Source: Octopus bimaculoides
Lineage: Eukaryota
Assembly (NCBI RefSeq): GCF_001194135.2
Contig: NC_068991.1
Span: 35,571,511 to 35,623,546 of the forward strand
Direction of reading: 5' to 3'
DNA: 52,036 bases
This document shows positions 1-11,229 of this stretch, in pieces (the stretch's first letter is position 1; each line of letters opens with the position of its first letter). Both the position numbers and the translations under genes were made by a program. Under the pieces are notes generated by a model that saw nothing but the letters and a program-made list of their open reading frames with translations, ran no database searches and was not told the DNA's origin.

Positions 1-57
<57 letters not shown>

Positions 58-108
58 ATATATTCGATTAATGCGAGGGAGAGATGGAAGATACGAAAAT
101 GTTTATTG

Positions 109-214
109 ATCAATACAATTGTTTCGACCCATCTAGCTTCGATCCCGCACGGGTGGGATACTGAACAAGTGCTTTAGGAGTATCCGCCGGTGTAGATATG
201 TCTCCTCAATTGAT
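109..214 (-). ncRNA. Type I hammerhead ribozyme-like motif, C3>U degenerate
   Basis: Minus strand reads atcaa-TTGAGGA-gacatatc...gatgggtc-GAAAC-AATT-GTA-ttgat. Stem I is 5 bp, stem III is palindromic, and the putative cleavage triplet is GUA. Confidence 0.55.
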
Positions 215-901
215 TAAACTAGTTAAAATAACGTTTGTTCCGCTAGTTTTCTTCTCGGTATGCGTATACAAAAGTAACAAATGAAGGGATACATAGAAGA
301 TCAGTAATAATTATCAGGTGCAAAAAATAAGCAAATACACAATACAGCAAAAAAAAAAAAAGTATTAAATATAACCGAGGAATCTGTGTATTTTGTGGAC
401 CAATGAGAACATCATTAATGGAATTTCTGAAAGACTGTCAAGATGCATACATGCTTATAAATGCACTTTTGCACAATGCAATGGGAATGAATTTGAGTAA
501 TTAACCAAATTAATAACCGTAATTTACTTTAAGGTATAGATAAATTAACTGTAACCTCCTCATTCCTATAAACGCAAAGTATCTATTTACTTTGCTGTGT
601 GAGCGTATGTGCGCCAAACCACGCGTATGTTTATCGTTTTATCTTCATGTATGTTTGTACGAGCGAGTGTACGTGCGCCATACAACTTAAGAGAGAGCGT
701 TTATACATCCATATCTGTTAACGGTTATATTTATTACTTTTTTCGCTGTATTGTGTATTTGTTTCTTTTTGCATTTGATTTTCATTGATCTTCTATTATA
801 ATGAAGTTGTATCCCTTAATTTGTTGCTTTTGTATACACATAGCGAGAAGAAAACTAGCGGAACAGACATTTCTTAACGAGATACATTTCTTAACGAGAT
901 A

Positions 902-1003
902 CAACTGAAGAGACACATCTACACCGGCGGATACTCCTAAAGCAGCTGTTCAGTATCCCACCCGTGAAGGATCGATGCTGGATGGGTCGAAATAGTTGTA
1001 GTG
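902..1003 (+). ncRNA. Type I hammerhead ribozyme-like motif with extended stem II
   Basis: caa-CTGAAGA(905-911)-gacacatc...ggatac/gtatcc...gatgggtc-GAAAT-AGTT-GTA(998-1000)-gtg. The core is canonical but stems I and III are mismatched. Confidence 0.6.
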
Positions 1004-1148
1004 ATCAATAAATATTCTCGTATCACCCATCTTCCGTCACTCTCATTAATCAAATACCTAACGAACACTGAAAGGGAACATGCTTTGCTGGTAAGCTACC
1101 AGGTGTATACCAGACGATTTATTATCTAATATATATATGTATAAACAT

Positions 1149-1232
<84 letters not shown>

Positions 1233-1253
1233 ATGTATGTTTGTATGTATGCA

Positions 1254-1307
<54 letters not shown>

Positions 1308-1418
1308 CCTACCTATCTATATATCTATCTATCTATATTTGAAGAGCATGCACACTTACAGTGTAACCCAGTGTCGTTTTTTAAAAATTGGAAAGGGCTA
1401 GATACTTTCATTACTTAC

Positions 1419-1480
1419 CTTTAACCACGCTTCTTCATATTAATAAAGATCACGACAGACAGTCTCTACCGGGGGCAGAT
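1419..1480 (-). CDS. Host gene copy A, last coding exon V: (D)LPPVETVCRDLY*, stop at 1440-1442, followed by a 3'UTR intron
   Basis: Acceptor TTTCTTTAG and donor GTAAGT (1413-1418). The paralogous exon at 19754-19814 keeps both splice sites and has a stop at the same codon. Confidence 0.7.
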
Positions 1481-1524
1481 CTAAAGAAACAGTGAAAGAA
1501 ATCTTACATGAGTGTACATGTATA

Positions 1525-3372
1525 TAGTATCTCTCAGAAGTATGTGAACCCCTAAAAAATTTCAGTAAAGTTGCCATTACTCTGATAATATCGAAGGAAA
1601 TCAAACGAAATTTATACTGAATAAAATATATTATATATGCAAGCATTTTACAAATTTGGATCACAAAGCAATAAACATTTTCAAAGATATGAACGAAGTA
1701 TTAATTTTCAAACGTTACGAAAATATGTACACCCTAAAGGAAATATGCTATATTCAATATTTAGTGTGACCGCCCTTGCTTTCAATGACTGCATTAAGTC
1801 TTCTGGACTAAATTTCCGCATATAACCGCTGAAATCAACCTCCATTCATCCTGAATGATGTCTTTCAACTGTGTAACATTGCGGGGTTTTTTCTCCTCAA
1901 CCTTCCTTTTCAAAACACCCCACAGATGTTCTATCGGGTTTAAATCAGGTGACATGGTAGGCCAAGTCAATACCTTTACCTTTACCTTTTTATCTGATAA
2001 AAACTTAGTCGTCATCTTTGAAGTGTGTTTAGGGTCATTATCATGTTCAAACATGGAACGTCTTCCTAATTCCTTGACGCTTTTCAACATTGTTTTCTGC
2101 AATATGTTACAATAAAGCCTTGAATCCATTGTTCTCTCAGTAAATGTGAGTCCTGGCGGCAAGCTGGCAGAAACGTTAGCACACCGGGCGAAATGTTTAG
2201 TGGTATTTCGTCTGTGTCTACGTTCTGAGTTCAAATTCCACTTTGCTTTTCATCCTTTCAAAGGTCAATAAATCAAGTACCAGTTGCGTACTGGGGTCTA
2301 TCTACTCGACTGGTCCCCACCCCCAAAAATTTCAGGCCTTGTGCCTAGAGTAGCAAAAGAATGAGAGTCCTCCCACATCAGCCACACTCAAGCATCCCCA
2401 ATGCATAACACTTCCGCTGCCGTGTTTCCCGGTAGGTACGGTGCATTTGTTGCTGTTATCTTCACCTGGTCGTCGCTATACTCGTTTAATACCATCTGAT
2501 CTAAACAAGTTGATTTTAGTCTCGTCAGAAAAAAGAACTTTATTCCAAAGCACCTTCCCATTACTCACATATGTGTCGGCAAAAGGAAGACGACTTGATT
2601 TATGCCTGGTACTGAGGAGAGGCTTCCTACGAGGAATGCGTCCACGAAGACCACACTGGTTCAAACTTCGTCTTACTGTTTGGGCGGATACACTCTTTCC
2701 ACTAACAGAAGATACTTCTTGGGTCAAAGGTGAAGCGGTACGACGCCTGTCGTCCATCACGCAACGTTGGATGTGGCGAATATCACGCAGAATTAAAATA
2801 GAAGGACGACCTGGACGATGTTTATTGCATAGCCGTTCAGTAGCTTTGTACTTCTGAATTACTTTGGCAACTGTGTTTACGTTAATATGCATTCGTTTCC
2901 TAATATACTTGTATCCTAAACCACTCTTGTGCAAATTAAAAATAATTTTCTTCAATTCTTCAGACAATTCTTTTCTTTTTGTAGCCATTTAAATCACAAT
3001 GAAGATTTGACCACGGTACAACAAATCCGAATTCCTGCAGATACAGTAACAATGACCGGTGCAAAATTCCAGGAGAAATAATTTATTAGAATTGGAATTA
3101 TCAGCAATATCTGAATTTAGTAAAAAAAGGGGATAAAATATTGAAGAGATAGCAATTTCCTTTAGGGTGTACATATTTTTGTAACGTTTGAAAATTAATA
3201 CTTCGTTCATATCTTTGAAAGCGTTCATTGTTTTATGGTTCAAATTTGTGTAATGTTTGCATGTATAAAATATTTTATTCAGTATAAATTTCGTTTGACT
3301 TCCTTCGATATTAACAGAGGAATGGCAATTTTACTGAAAATTTTAAGTTGCACATACTTCTGTGAGATACTG
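1525..3372 (-). mobile_element. Tc1-family DNA transposon, IR/DR type, near full-length but inactive transposase
   Basis: About 225 bp TIRs (1525-1750 and 3150-3372) flanked by TA, right end CAGTATCTCACAGAAG. Transposase 2988 to about 1800 has VLFSDETK, KHGSGSVMHWGC and HDNDPKH...SPDLNPIE, with one TAG at 2476 and a SINE insertion. Confidence 0.92.
2155..2364 (+). mobile_element. tRNA-derived SINE (family 1) inserted in the Tc1 transposase
   Basis: GGCGGCAAGCTGGCAGAAACGTTAGC head and B-box-like GAGTTCAAATTCC. 7 bp TSD GAGTCCT at 2148-2154 and 2365-2371. Related copies at 26333, 35494 and 39310. Confidence 0.85.
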
Positions 3373-3848
3373 TATAATACATATACACATACATACATAC
3401 ATACATATATATATATGCATATATATATATNNNNNNNNNNNNNNNNNNNNNNNNNNNNNNNNNNNNNNNNNNNNNNNNNNNNNNNNNNNNNNNNNNNNNN
3501 NNNNNNNNNNNNNNNNNNNNNNNNNNNNNNNNNNNNNNNNNNNNNNNNNNNNNNNNNNNNNNNNNNNNNNNNNNNNNNNNNNNNNNNNNNNNNNNNNNNN
3601 NNNNNNNNNNNNNNNNNNNNNNNNNNNNNNNNNNNNNNNNNNNNNNNNNNNNNNNNNNNNNNNNNNNNNNNNNNNNNNNNNNNNNNNNNNNNNNNNNNNN
3701 NNNNNNNNNNNNNNNNNNNNNNNNNNNNNNNNNNNNNNNNNNNNNNNNNNNNNNNNNNNNNNNNNNNNNNNNNNNNNNNNNNNNNNNNNNNNNNNNNNNN
3801 NNNNNNNNNNNNNNNNNNNNNNNNNNNNNNNNNNNNNNNNNNNNNNNN

Positions 3849-3893
<45 letters not shown>

Positions 3894-4091
3894 GCAATTT
3901 ACAATTTTGAGACGTCAGTTCATAAAGATGGCTTAACTATAGATGTTGGACACAATATCCTTCATGATATACACCAATACACACATATATATATATGCCT
4001 GTATATATATATATATGATTTTAAAGAGATAAGTTAAAGGATCATTATAACCATAATCATATATTAATGGGCTGTGCCTATAGAAACCTAC

Positions 4092-4139
4092 CCTGTTCAG
4101 GTCTGTCTACATCCATTACCGAGCAGGAGCGAACTGTGG
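4092..4139 (-). CDS. Host gene copy A exon W, 48 nt; phase-1 frame TVRSCSVMDVDRPEQ, phase-0 frame PQFAPAR*
   Basis: Acceptor TTTGCAG and donor GTAGGT. Identical to 20621-20668 while the flanking introns diverge. Only the phase-1 frame is open. Confidence 0.75.
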
Positions 4140-4174
4140 CTGCAAATATATTTTAAAATGTTAGATTACACGAA

Positions 4175-4215
<41 letters not shown>

Positions 4216-4336
4216 CTGTGTGTCACAGGAGGAGAGAGAAAGAAAGAGAGAGACAGAGAGAGAGAGAGAGAAAGAAAGAGAGATAAAGAGAGAGAATGAA
4301 AGAAAGATAAAGAGAGAGAGAATGAATGAGAGATAA

Positions 4337-4367
<31 letters not shown>

Positions 4368-4496
4368 AAGAGAGATAGAGAGAGATAGAGAGAGAGAGAG
4401 AGAGAGTGAAAGAAAGAGAGAAAGAAAGAGAAGTTGCCAAGGAGCATACGTGTATACCTATGTGTCTGTGTTGTGTTGTGTGGTGGGTTCACTTAC

Positions 4497-4537
4497 GCGG
4501 TTTGGATTTCTCAGTGACATAGCTACATCATAATCAC
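4497..4537 (-). CDS. Host gene copy A exon Z, 41 nt (GDYDVAMSLRNPNR), frameshifted relative to the 39 nt paralog
   Basis: Acceptor TCTTTCTCCAATTATTCTAG and donor GTAAGT (4491-4496). Paralog at 21430-21468. Confidence 0.7.
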
Positions 4538-4678
4538 CTAGAATAATTGGAGAAAGACTAGAACATACCACCAAGTCATACGTGTTTACAATTGAAACAT
4601 ACCTTTATTGATGCATGTATGTTATAGAAAAGTAAAAGATACAAGTCTACATTAGAAAAGACGTTTATTATTCCTCAC

Positions 4679-4726
4679 CGTCAAGAAGGATGAGATCAGG
4701 AATTGGCGACTTCTTGGGAGAAGTAT
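4679..4726 (-). CDS. Host gene copy A exon Y, 48 nt: (D)TSPKKSPIPDLILLD
   Basis: Strong acceptor TTTTTGTCTTCTTTTCGATTCCAG, donor GTGAGG, symmetric phase-1 open frame. Confidence 0.7.
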
Positions 4727-4808
4727 CTGGAATCGAAAAGAAGACAAAAATTAACATCAATCCTTCGTGTATGCATGCATACTTATATACTTATATATAT
4801 TTAGTCAT

Positions 4809-4846
<38 letters not shown>

Positions 4847-4870
4847 TTATTCATACATGCATTTATATAT

Positions 4871-4900
4871 ACTAGCTGGACCCGTGAAAAATTTCTGGAA
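4871..4900 (-). mobile_element. Possible Helitron-like 3' terminus
   Basis: Minus strand reads CACGGGTCCAGCTAGT into a TA tract. The subterminal hairpin is degenerate. Confidence 0.3.
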
Positions 4901-5117
4901 AATATAAAAAAAACGTAAGTATATGTAAATTGTGTGCTGGTGCCATGAGCATTGTTCCTATATTGTGACATTTACAGAATATAGAAAGAAGTGTAAAACC
5001 GATAACTTTTATGAAAAATATCTCAGTTATGCAAACGTAAACAGAATTATTATTTAGCCTTAAAATACATCATACATATTCAAAGAATCTTGGTTTAGTG
5101 GTTCTGCTGGTATTCCG

Positions 5118-5581
5118 TTATTCTTTTAGTTGTTTCAGTTATTTGACGGTGGCCATGCTGGAGCACCGCCCTTTAGAGGAAGAAATCGACTCCTGGACTT
5201 ATTCTCTGTAAACCTGGTGCTTATTCTATCAGTCTCTTCTGCCGAACAGCTAAGTTACGCGGACGCAAACACACCAACATCGGTTGTCAAGCAATAGTGG
5301 TGGGGGGACAAACAGACACAAACATACACGGCCACGAATGATCCGTTATGGTTTTTCCTGTCTGTCTTTGTATCGTCTACCTGTGCGTGTATTTTTATTA
5401 TCGTCCGTTACGTTCTTATTCCGTTTTTTAAAAAAAATCTATATATACATATAGCAGCGTACGTACACCTTTGCTCACCTTGTAAGTAAGTATGTATCAT
5501 ATATATGACGGGCTTCTTTCAATTTCTGTCTACCAAATTCACTCTTGAGGTTTGGTCGGCTTGAGGCTATTGTAGAAGACT
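5118..5581 (-). mobile_element. SINE family 2, decayed and interrupted
   Basis: Shares GGCCATGCTGGAGCACCGCC, ACACCAACATCGGTTGTCAAGC and GGGCTTCTTTCA...TCTACCAAA blocks with 19958-20385 and 43735-44226. Confidence 0.8.
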
Positions 5582-6057
5582 CTTTAAAGTTGAATTTCGT
5601 GTAGCCACATGTTGGCAACTTTTCTCCCCCACCCATTTTGTAGGGGTATTATCCATTTTTCTGGGCTCTTTTCATAGCTATATCACGTTCGAAATTTGCA
5701 TTGTTTGTAGTTTGCAGAGAAAACGTTAAAAATGCCTGAAAACCCCCCCAAAACATGGTCTTTCCCGCCAACTAAAAGACATGAAGAGCTATGAAAGAAG
5801 GCGAATAAGTACTGGGGGTTGGGGTAAAGAAGAGAGAACTAACAGTCGATCGTTCTAGAACTCCCAGAATGAAAACGTAAACACTTGAAAGACCTTCCTC
5901 TATTCATTATTAAATGTCTTTCCCTTTTCTTCATTGTTAAAAGTAAAGAAGCTAGAAAAGATTGCATTTCAGGCTAATTGTCATTTTAAATGACTGAGGC
6001 TTTCCTTTCTCTGTCTCTATATCGCTTCACTACTTTTCTCCACGGTTGAAAGAGTGA

Positions 6058-6391
6058 AGGTGCGTGGCTCAGTGGTTAGGGGTATTCGGCCAACGATCGT
6101 GAGGTCATGAGTACGATTCCCTGCGGCGCACTGTGTTCTTGAGCAAGGTACTCTACTTCTCCTTGCAGTCCACTTAGCTGGCAAAAATGAGTTGTAACCG
6201 TAATTTGAAGGGGTGAGCCTTGTCACATTATGTGTGAGGCTGAATCTCCCAGAGAACTACCTTATGGTATGCATGTGTAAGGAGTACTCAGTCATTTGCG
6301 CGTTAATTTTACGAGCAGACTGTTCTGTTGATCAGATAAACAGGAACCTCATCGTCGTAACCGACGGAGTGCCATTTAGAAAAAAAAAAAA
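6058..6391 (+). mobile_element. tRNA-derived SINE family 3; partial second copy at about 6688-6850
   Basis: A-box TGGCTCAGTGG, B-box-like GAGTACGATTCC, A-rich tail. The body block is repeated at 6688-6850. Confidence 0.8.
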
Positions 6392-7653
6392 GAGTGAAAG
6401 AAGGCAATGTCCCATATCATAATGCAAAAATGTCATGTGTTTAGTATAAGTAGTGAAAATTAAGACGAAATAATTGCTATTCCATCGTGTATTCGCCCTC
6501 GACTCACGTTCAGTTTGATAACAACAGCTTGCGCATCGGTGTTTATCTAGGGGGCTTGGCCTCCAGATCTGTGAGACGCACAAATGCCGCTGTTAGGACC
6601 GTATTAACACCCATAGTAATCCTAACGACGAAAAAGATCTTGTTGCCCCTATATAGGATTTTCTTTCATCTTCTTCCAACTACTTGAAGGTTTATCTTGC
6701 TCCAGTCCACTCAGCAGGCCAAAATGAGTTGTAGCTGTAATTCAAAGGGGCCAGCCTTGTCATATTCTGTGTGAGGTTGAATCTCCATGAGGACTATGTT
6801 AATGGTATGCATATCTGCGGAGTACTCAGCCACTTGCGAGTTTATTTTATCCTCGTGTTGTAATGAAAAGTGAAAGTGACATGTATCAACTTTTCTTTCG
6901 ATCTATGTATGTACTGTCTCTCTCACTTCCTCTGTCCCGCTTTTAATTTAACAATGTGTGTATGTATCTATGAATGAACTTTTCTTTCGATCTATGTATC
7001 TCCAAATCTTGCGATGTGATAAACATTTAAAAACACAAAACGAACGCCGTCATCACTCATTGTCTCTCTCACTGTCTATCTTTCTCTCTTTCTTTCTCAC
7101 TATTTCTTTCTCTCTCACTTCCTCTCTGTCCTCCTCTCTCCCGCTTTGCCACTCACTATTTCCTATGAAGTGTGACACACCACAGGTGCGTACAAGAACA
7201 AGTTAGCGAATTTTTATTATTATATATATATATATNNNNNNNNNNNNNNNNNNNNNNNNNNNNNNNNNNNNNNNNNNNNNNNNNNNNNNNNNNNNNNNNN
7301 NNNNNNNNNNNNNNNNNNNNNNNNNNNNNNNNNNNNNNNNNNNNNNNNNNNNNNNNNNNNNNNNNNNNNNNNNNNNNNNNNNNNNNNNNNNNNNNNNNNN
7401 NNNNNNNNNNNNNNNNNNNNNNNNNNNNNNNNNNNNNNNNNNNNNNNNNNNNNNNNNNNNNNNNNNNNNNNNNNNNNNNNNNNNNNNNNNNNNNNNNNNN
7501 NNNNNNNNNNNNNNNNNNNNNNNNNNNNNNNNNNNNNNNNNNNNNNNNNNNNNNNNNNNNNNNNNNNNNNNNNNNNNNNNNNNNNNNNNNNNNNNNNNNN
7601 CACACACACACACACACACAGAGATTTATATGCATGTATGTTTGTGTGCAAAC

Positions 7654-7686
<33 letters not shown>

Positions 7687-7733
7687 AAGAAAGAGAAAGA
7701 AAGAGAGAGAAAGAAAGAGAGAGAAAGAAAGAG

Positions 7734-7776
<43 letters not shown>

Positions 7777-7835
7777 TGAAAGTTATCTAAATTGTTAATA
7801 TATTTCAGGAATGAACTGCATTCATCAAAACTTAC

Positions 7836-7997
7836 CCATTTCTTCTGGCGTGACTGTCGATGACGAATCTGTTGCTGTTGAACTAAGTTCTACGGAATCT
7901 ATAGAAGTGTCATCATCAAATGTTTTCGGGCGGCAAATACACGGATTCATGCGTTGTAGAATTCTTCGGATCCCTGCGCCAAACTGGGCGGGGTAAC
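7836..7997 (-). CDS. Host gene copy A exon X, 162 nt: GYPAQFGAGIRRILQRMNPCICRPKTFDDDTSIDSVELSSTATDSSSTVTPEEM
   Basis: Donor GTAAGT (7830-7835). Acceptor CCAG (7998-8001) is the first AG after a pyrimidine tract and TACTAAT. Symmetric phase 1, non-repetitive peptide. An in-frame ATG at 8022 is an alternative start. Confidence 0.7.
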
Positions 7998-8721
7998 CTG
8001 GACAGTCGATACGTTCGGACATTTAGGAAAAAATTAGAGAAAAACAAAGATTAGTAAATAAGTTAACGCAAACAATGTATTTGATAACAAATTACAAGAA
8101 GTTTCCTTCCAAACACTAGCAAATATCGCAAGTGAATAGTTTCACAAGTTGGTAACGTTAATCTCAATTTGCAATTATAACATCATAATTTTATGAAACA
8201 GTCTCGTTTAACGTTTTAACTTTAAATATCGTTTTATCATCTGCCGAACAAAGGGCACTTGTAATAGCCAAAATCACATGTAATAGCCAAAACGGCATTT
8301 CGCAGTTTTAATTTTGTATTATTTTTCTTCTACATCCATAATTTCTCTCTTCTCCCGATATAAGCACAAAACACAACGCTTGACAGATGCACAATGTAAG
8401 ATAGCACCTCTGATGCAAGCCCGACGAAATGCCACTCTAATCTCGAAAGCCACAAATATTTCGTAACTTTTCACACGGAACTTTTGCGTATATTGATGTT
8501 AAAAGAGAGTTGATACATACATATATAAATACATAATAAATACATACACACATTCACACACACACATACACACACATACATAAACACACACACGTATATA
8601 ATATGTTTGTGTGTGTGTATAAGCATGTATGTTGTTATATTGTTATATAAGTATATGCATTATGATATATAATATATGATATATATACATATATACATAT
8701 ATGTATATATGTATATATGTG

Positions 8722-8771
<50 letters not shown>

Positions 8772-9019
8772 NNNNNNNNNNNNNNNNNNNNNNNNNNNNN
8801 NNNNNNNNNNNNNNNNNNNNNNNNNNNNNNNNNNNNNNNNNNNNNNNNNNNNNNNNNNNNNNNNNNNNNNNNNNNNNNNNNNNNNNNNNNNNNNNNNNNN
8901 NNNNNNNNNNNNNNNNNNNNNNNNNNNNNNNNNNNNNNNNNNNNNNNNNNNNNNNNNNNNNNNNNNNNNNNNNNNNNNNNNNNNNNNNNNNNNNNNNNNN
9001 NNNNNNNNNNNNNNNNNNN

Positions 9020-9830
9020 GGGGACCGCAGTTGACAAATTGCTGCGTAAAGAACAAGCCGGATTTAGGAAGAACTGCTCATGTGTGGATCAAATCGCCAC
9101 TCTTCGCATTATCTTAGAGCAAAGCGCAGAGTGGAATGCACCGCTTTATATTAACTTTATTGATTTCGAAAAAGCATTTGATAGTGTAGATAGGAAAGGC
9201 TTATGGAAAAGTATGCAGCACTACGGGATACCAGACAAATATATATCTATAATATGAGCGCCTTACCAAGGAATGTCATGCCAAGTCTTGCATGGAAACG
9301 GAGCTACGGATAAATTCGAAGTAAAACCAGGAGTTCGACAGGACTGTATACTTTCTCCCTTTTTATTTCTACTAATTATAGATTGGATTATAAAGGAAAC
9401 TACGATTGAAAGCCAAACAGGCATTAAATGGACGGATGCAGAAGTTCTAGAAGATCTCGACTTTGCAGATGATATAGCTACTTTCACAAACATATAGCCA
9501 AATACGAAATAAAACGTCAAAATCAGAAGCAATAGCTGCCAAACTAGGATTGAAAGTCAACCGCGACAAATCAAAGATTATGCGCATTAACGAAGAAAAC
9601 AGCGAACGTATTAAACTAGAAACCGGTGAACTAGAGGATGTAGCCGAGTTTACGTATTTAGGTAGTAAGATAACGTTCTCAGGCGGCACAGACGAAGATA
9701 TTAAGACGGTCAGATATTAAGACCGCTTTTCACTTGTTAAAAAAACTATGGAGCGCAAGTGTAATTTCAATAAAGAACAAAATAAGAATTTTTAACACTA
9801 ACGTAAAAGCGGTGTTATTGTATGGAGCCT
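9020..9830 (+). mobile_element. RTE-clade LINE reverse transcriptase fragment (degenerate)
   Basis: QAGFRKNCSC, FIDFEKAFDSV, GVRQDCILSP, LDFADDIA. Confidence 0.9.
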
Positions 9831-10074
9831 CTAAACTCTCTACATCCCTGGCAACATGCCTAAAAAACATCAAATCCCAAAATAAGCTGCCGTAAGCAAA
9901 TGAAGTTTATAAGATAATTTATTTCTTTGTCATCTGNNNNNNNNNNNNNNNNNNNNNNNNNNNNNNNNNNNNNNNNNNNNNNNNNNNNNNNNNNNNNNNN
10001 NNNNNNNNNNNNNNNNNNNNNNNNNNNNNNNNNNNNNACACACACACACACACACATGTGTCCATCTTCCATGC

Positions 10075-10560
10075 ATGCATTGGTAGGACGGTTGACAAGA
10101 GCCGGCCAGGTAGAAAATCTACTCAAGGCTACTGTGTCTGTTTTGGCTGGGGTTTTATGGCTGGATGCCCTTCCTAACGCCAACCAGTCCGCAGAGTGAA
10201 CTTAGTGCTTTTTACGTGGAATTAGCACAGACGAAGTTAATTTTGGCAAGATTTTTACAGCTGGATGCCCTTCCAGACGCCAACCACGTTACAATGTGGG
10301 CTCGATGCTTTTAAAGTGGCACCAGCACTGGCAGGGTAACCAAGTAACTCACAAGACATGGAATTATGAGAGGGGCAGAGCATTTGTATCAGAGGATGAA
10401 AGTGTGACAAAAAGACAGAGAGACAGAAGCAGATGTCTTGTCACAACAGAGGGAGCATTAAACTGGGTGGTCCAGTATCAAGTGATGAAAAGTTAGAGTG
10501 TAATAGAGAAATAGAGGGGCAGAAATAGGTGTCTTGCTATAGAGGAGGTACATAGTTACT
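10075..10560 (-). mobile_element. Interspersed repeat, probably the 3' tail of the adjacent RTE or an RTE-dependent SINE
   Basis: Internally repeated GCTGGATGCCCTTCC..ACGCCAACC block, lying downstream of the minus-strand RTE ORF. The assignment is inferred. Confidence 0.45.
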
Positions 10561-10615
<55 letters not shown>

Positions 10616-10714
10616 NNNNNNNNNNNNNNNNNNNNNNNNNNNNNNNNNNNNNNNNNNNNNNNNNNNNNNNNNNNNNNNNNNNNNNNNNNNNNNNNNNNNN
10701 NNNNNNNNNNNNNN

Positions 10715-10771
<57 letters not shown>

Positions 10772-10870
10772 GAGATGGAGAGTGAGAGATGTACAGAAAA
10801 AGTCCAGAAACAAGTGTGCTGATGTAAAGGTGATACTTAGTTACCTAATCATAGGAAAAACAAGAGAAGG

Positions 10871-10918
<48 letters not shown>

Positions 10919-11229
10919 TGAGAGAGATAAAGAGAGAGAGAGAGAGAGAATATGAAACAGCAAAAGTGTAAGAGAGAGAGAGTAGAAGAGAGATGGTGTA
11001 GTGCTAGTGCAAGTAGCAAGAATATGAGCGTAGAACCTGGTTAGAAAAATAGGGAGTGGGTGTGGATGGTCGGGGTGTGGGGAGCAGCGATACTGTGAGC
11101 ACGACATTGAAGGCAAAAGAGGGATTGGAAAACAAACATAATGTATGAGGAGAAAATGTGAGGAAGAGAAAGATGCAGTTTAGAAGAGGAGATGTAGTTT
11201 GATTTCTTTGGGTAGAGTGGGTGAAAAAT

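Larger units (their letters stand above)
61..1056. repeat. Long imperfect inverted repeat (arms about 61-377 and 722-1056), probably inverted Penelope-like pseudo-LTRs
   Basis: Left arm TTTAGGAGTATCCGCCGGTGTAGAT (173-197) is the reverse complement of right arm ATCTACACCGGCGGATACTCCTAAA (917-941). Similarity continues over about 320 bp. Each arm carries a hammerhead-like motif. Confidence 0.85.

Noticed and set aside
3890-3990. Block conserved with 20420-20520 as a possible extra exon
   Set aside because: No good acceptor, a 1 nt indel between copies and early stops in copy A; treated as aligned intron.
6058-6125. tRNA genes here and at 2155, 35494 and 43735
   Set aside because: A/B boxes are present but no complete cloverleaf, and each continues into a multi-copy SINE body.
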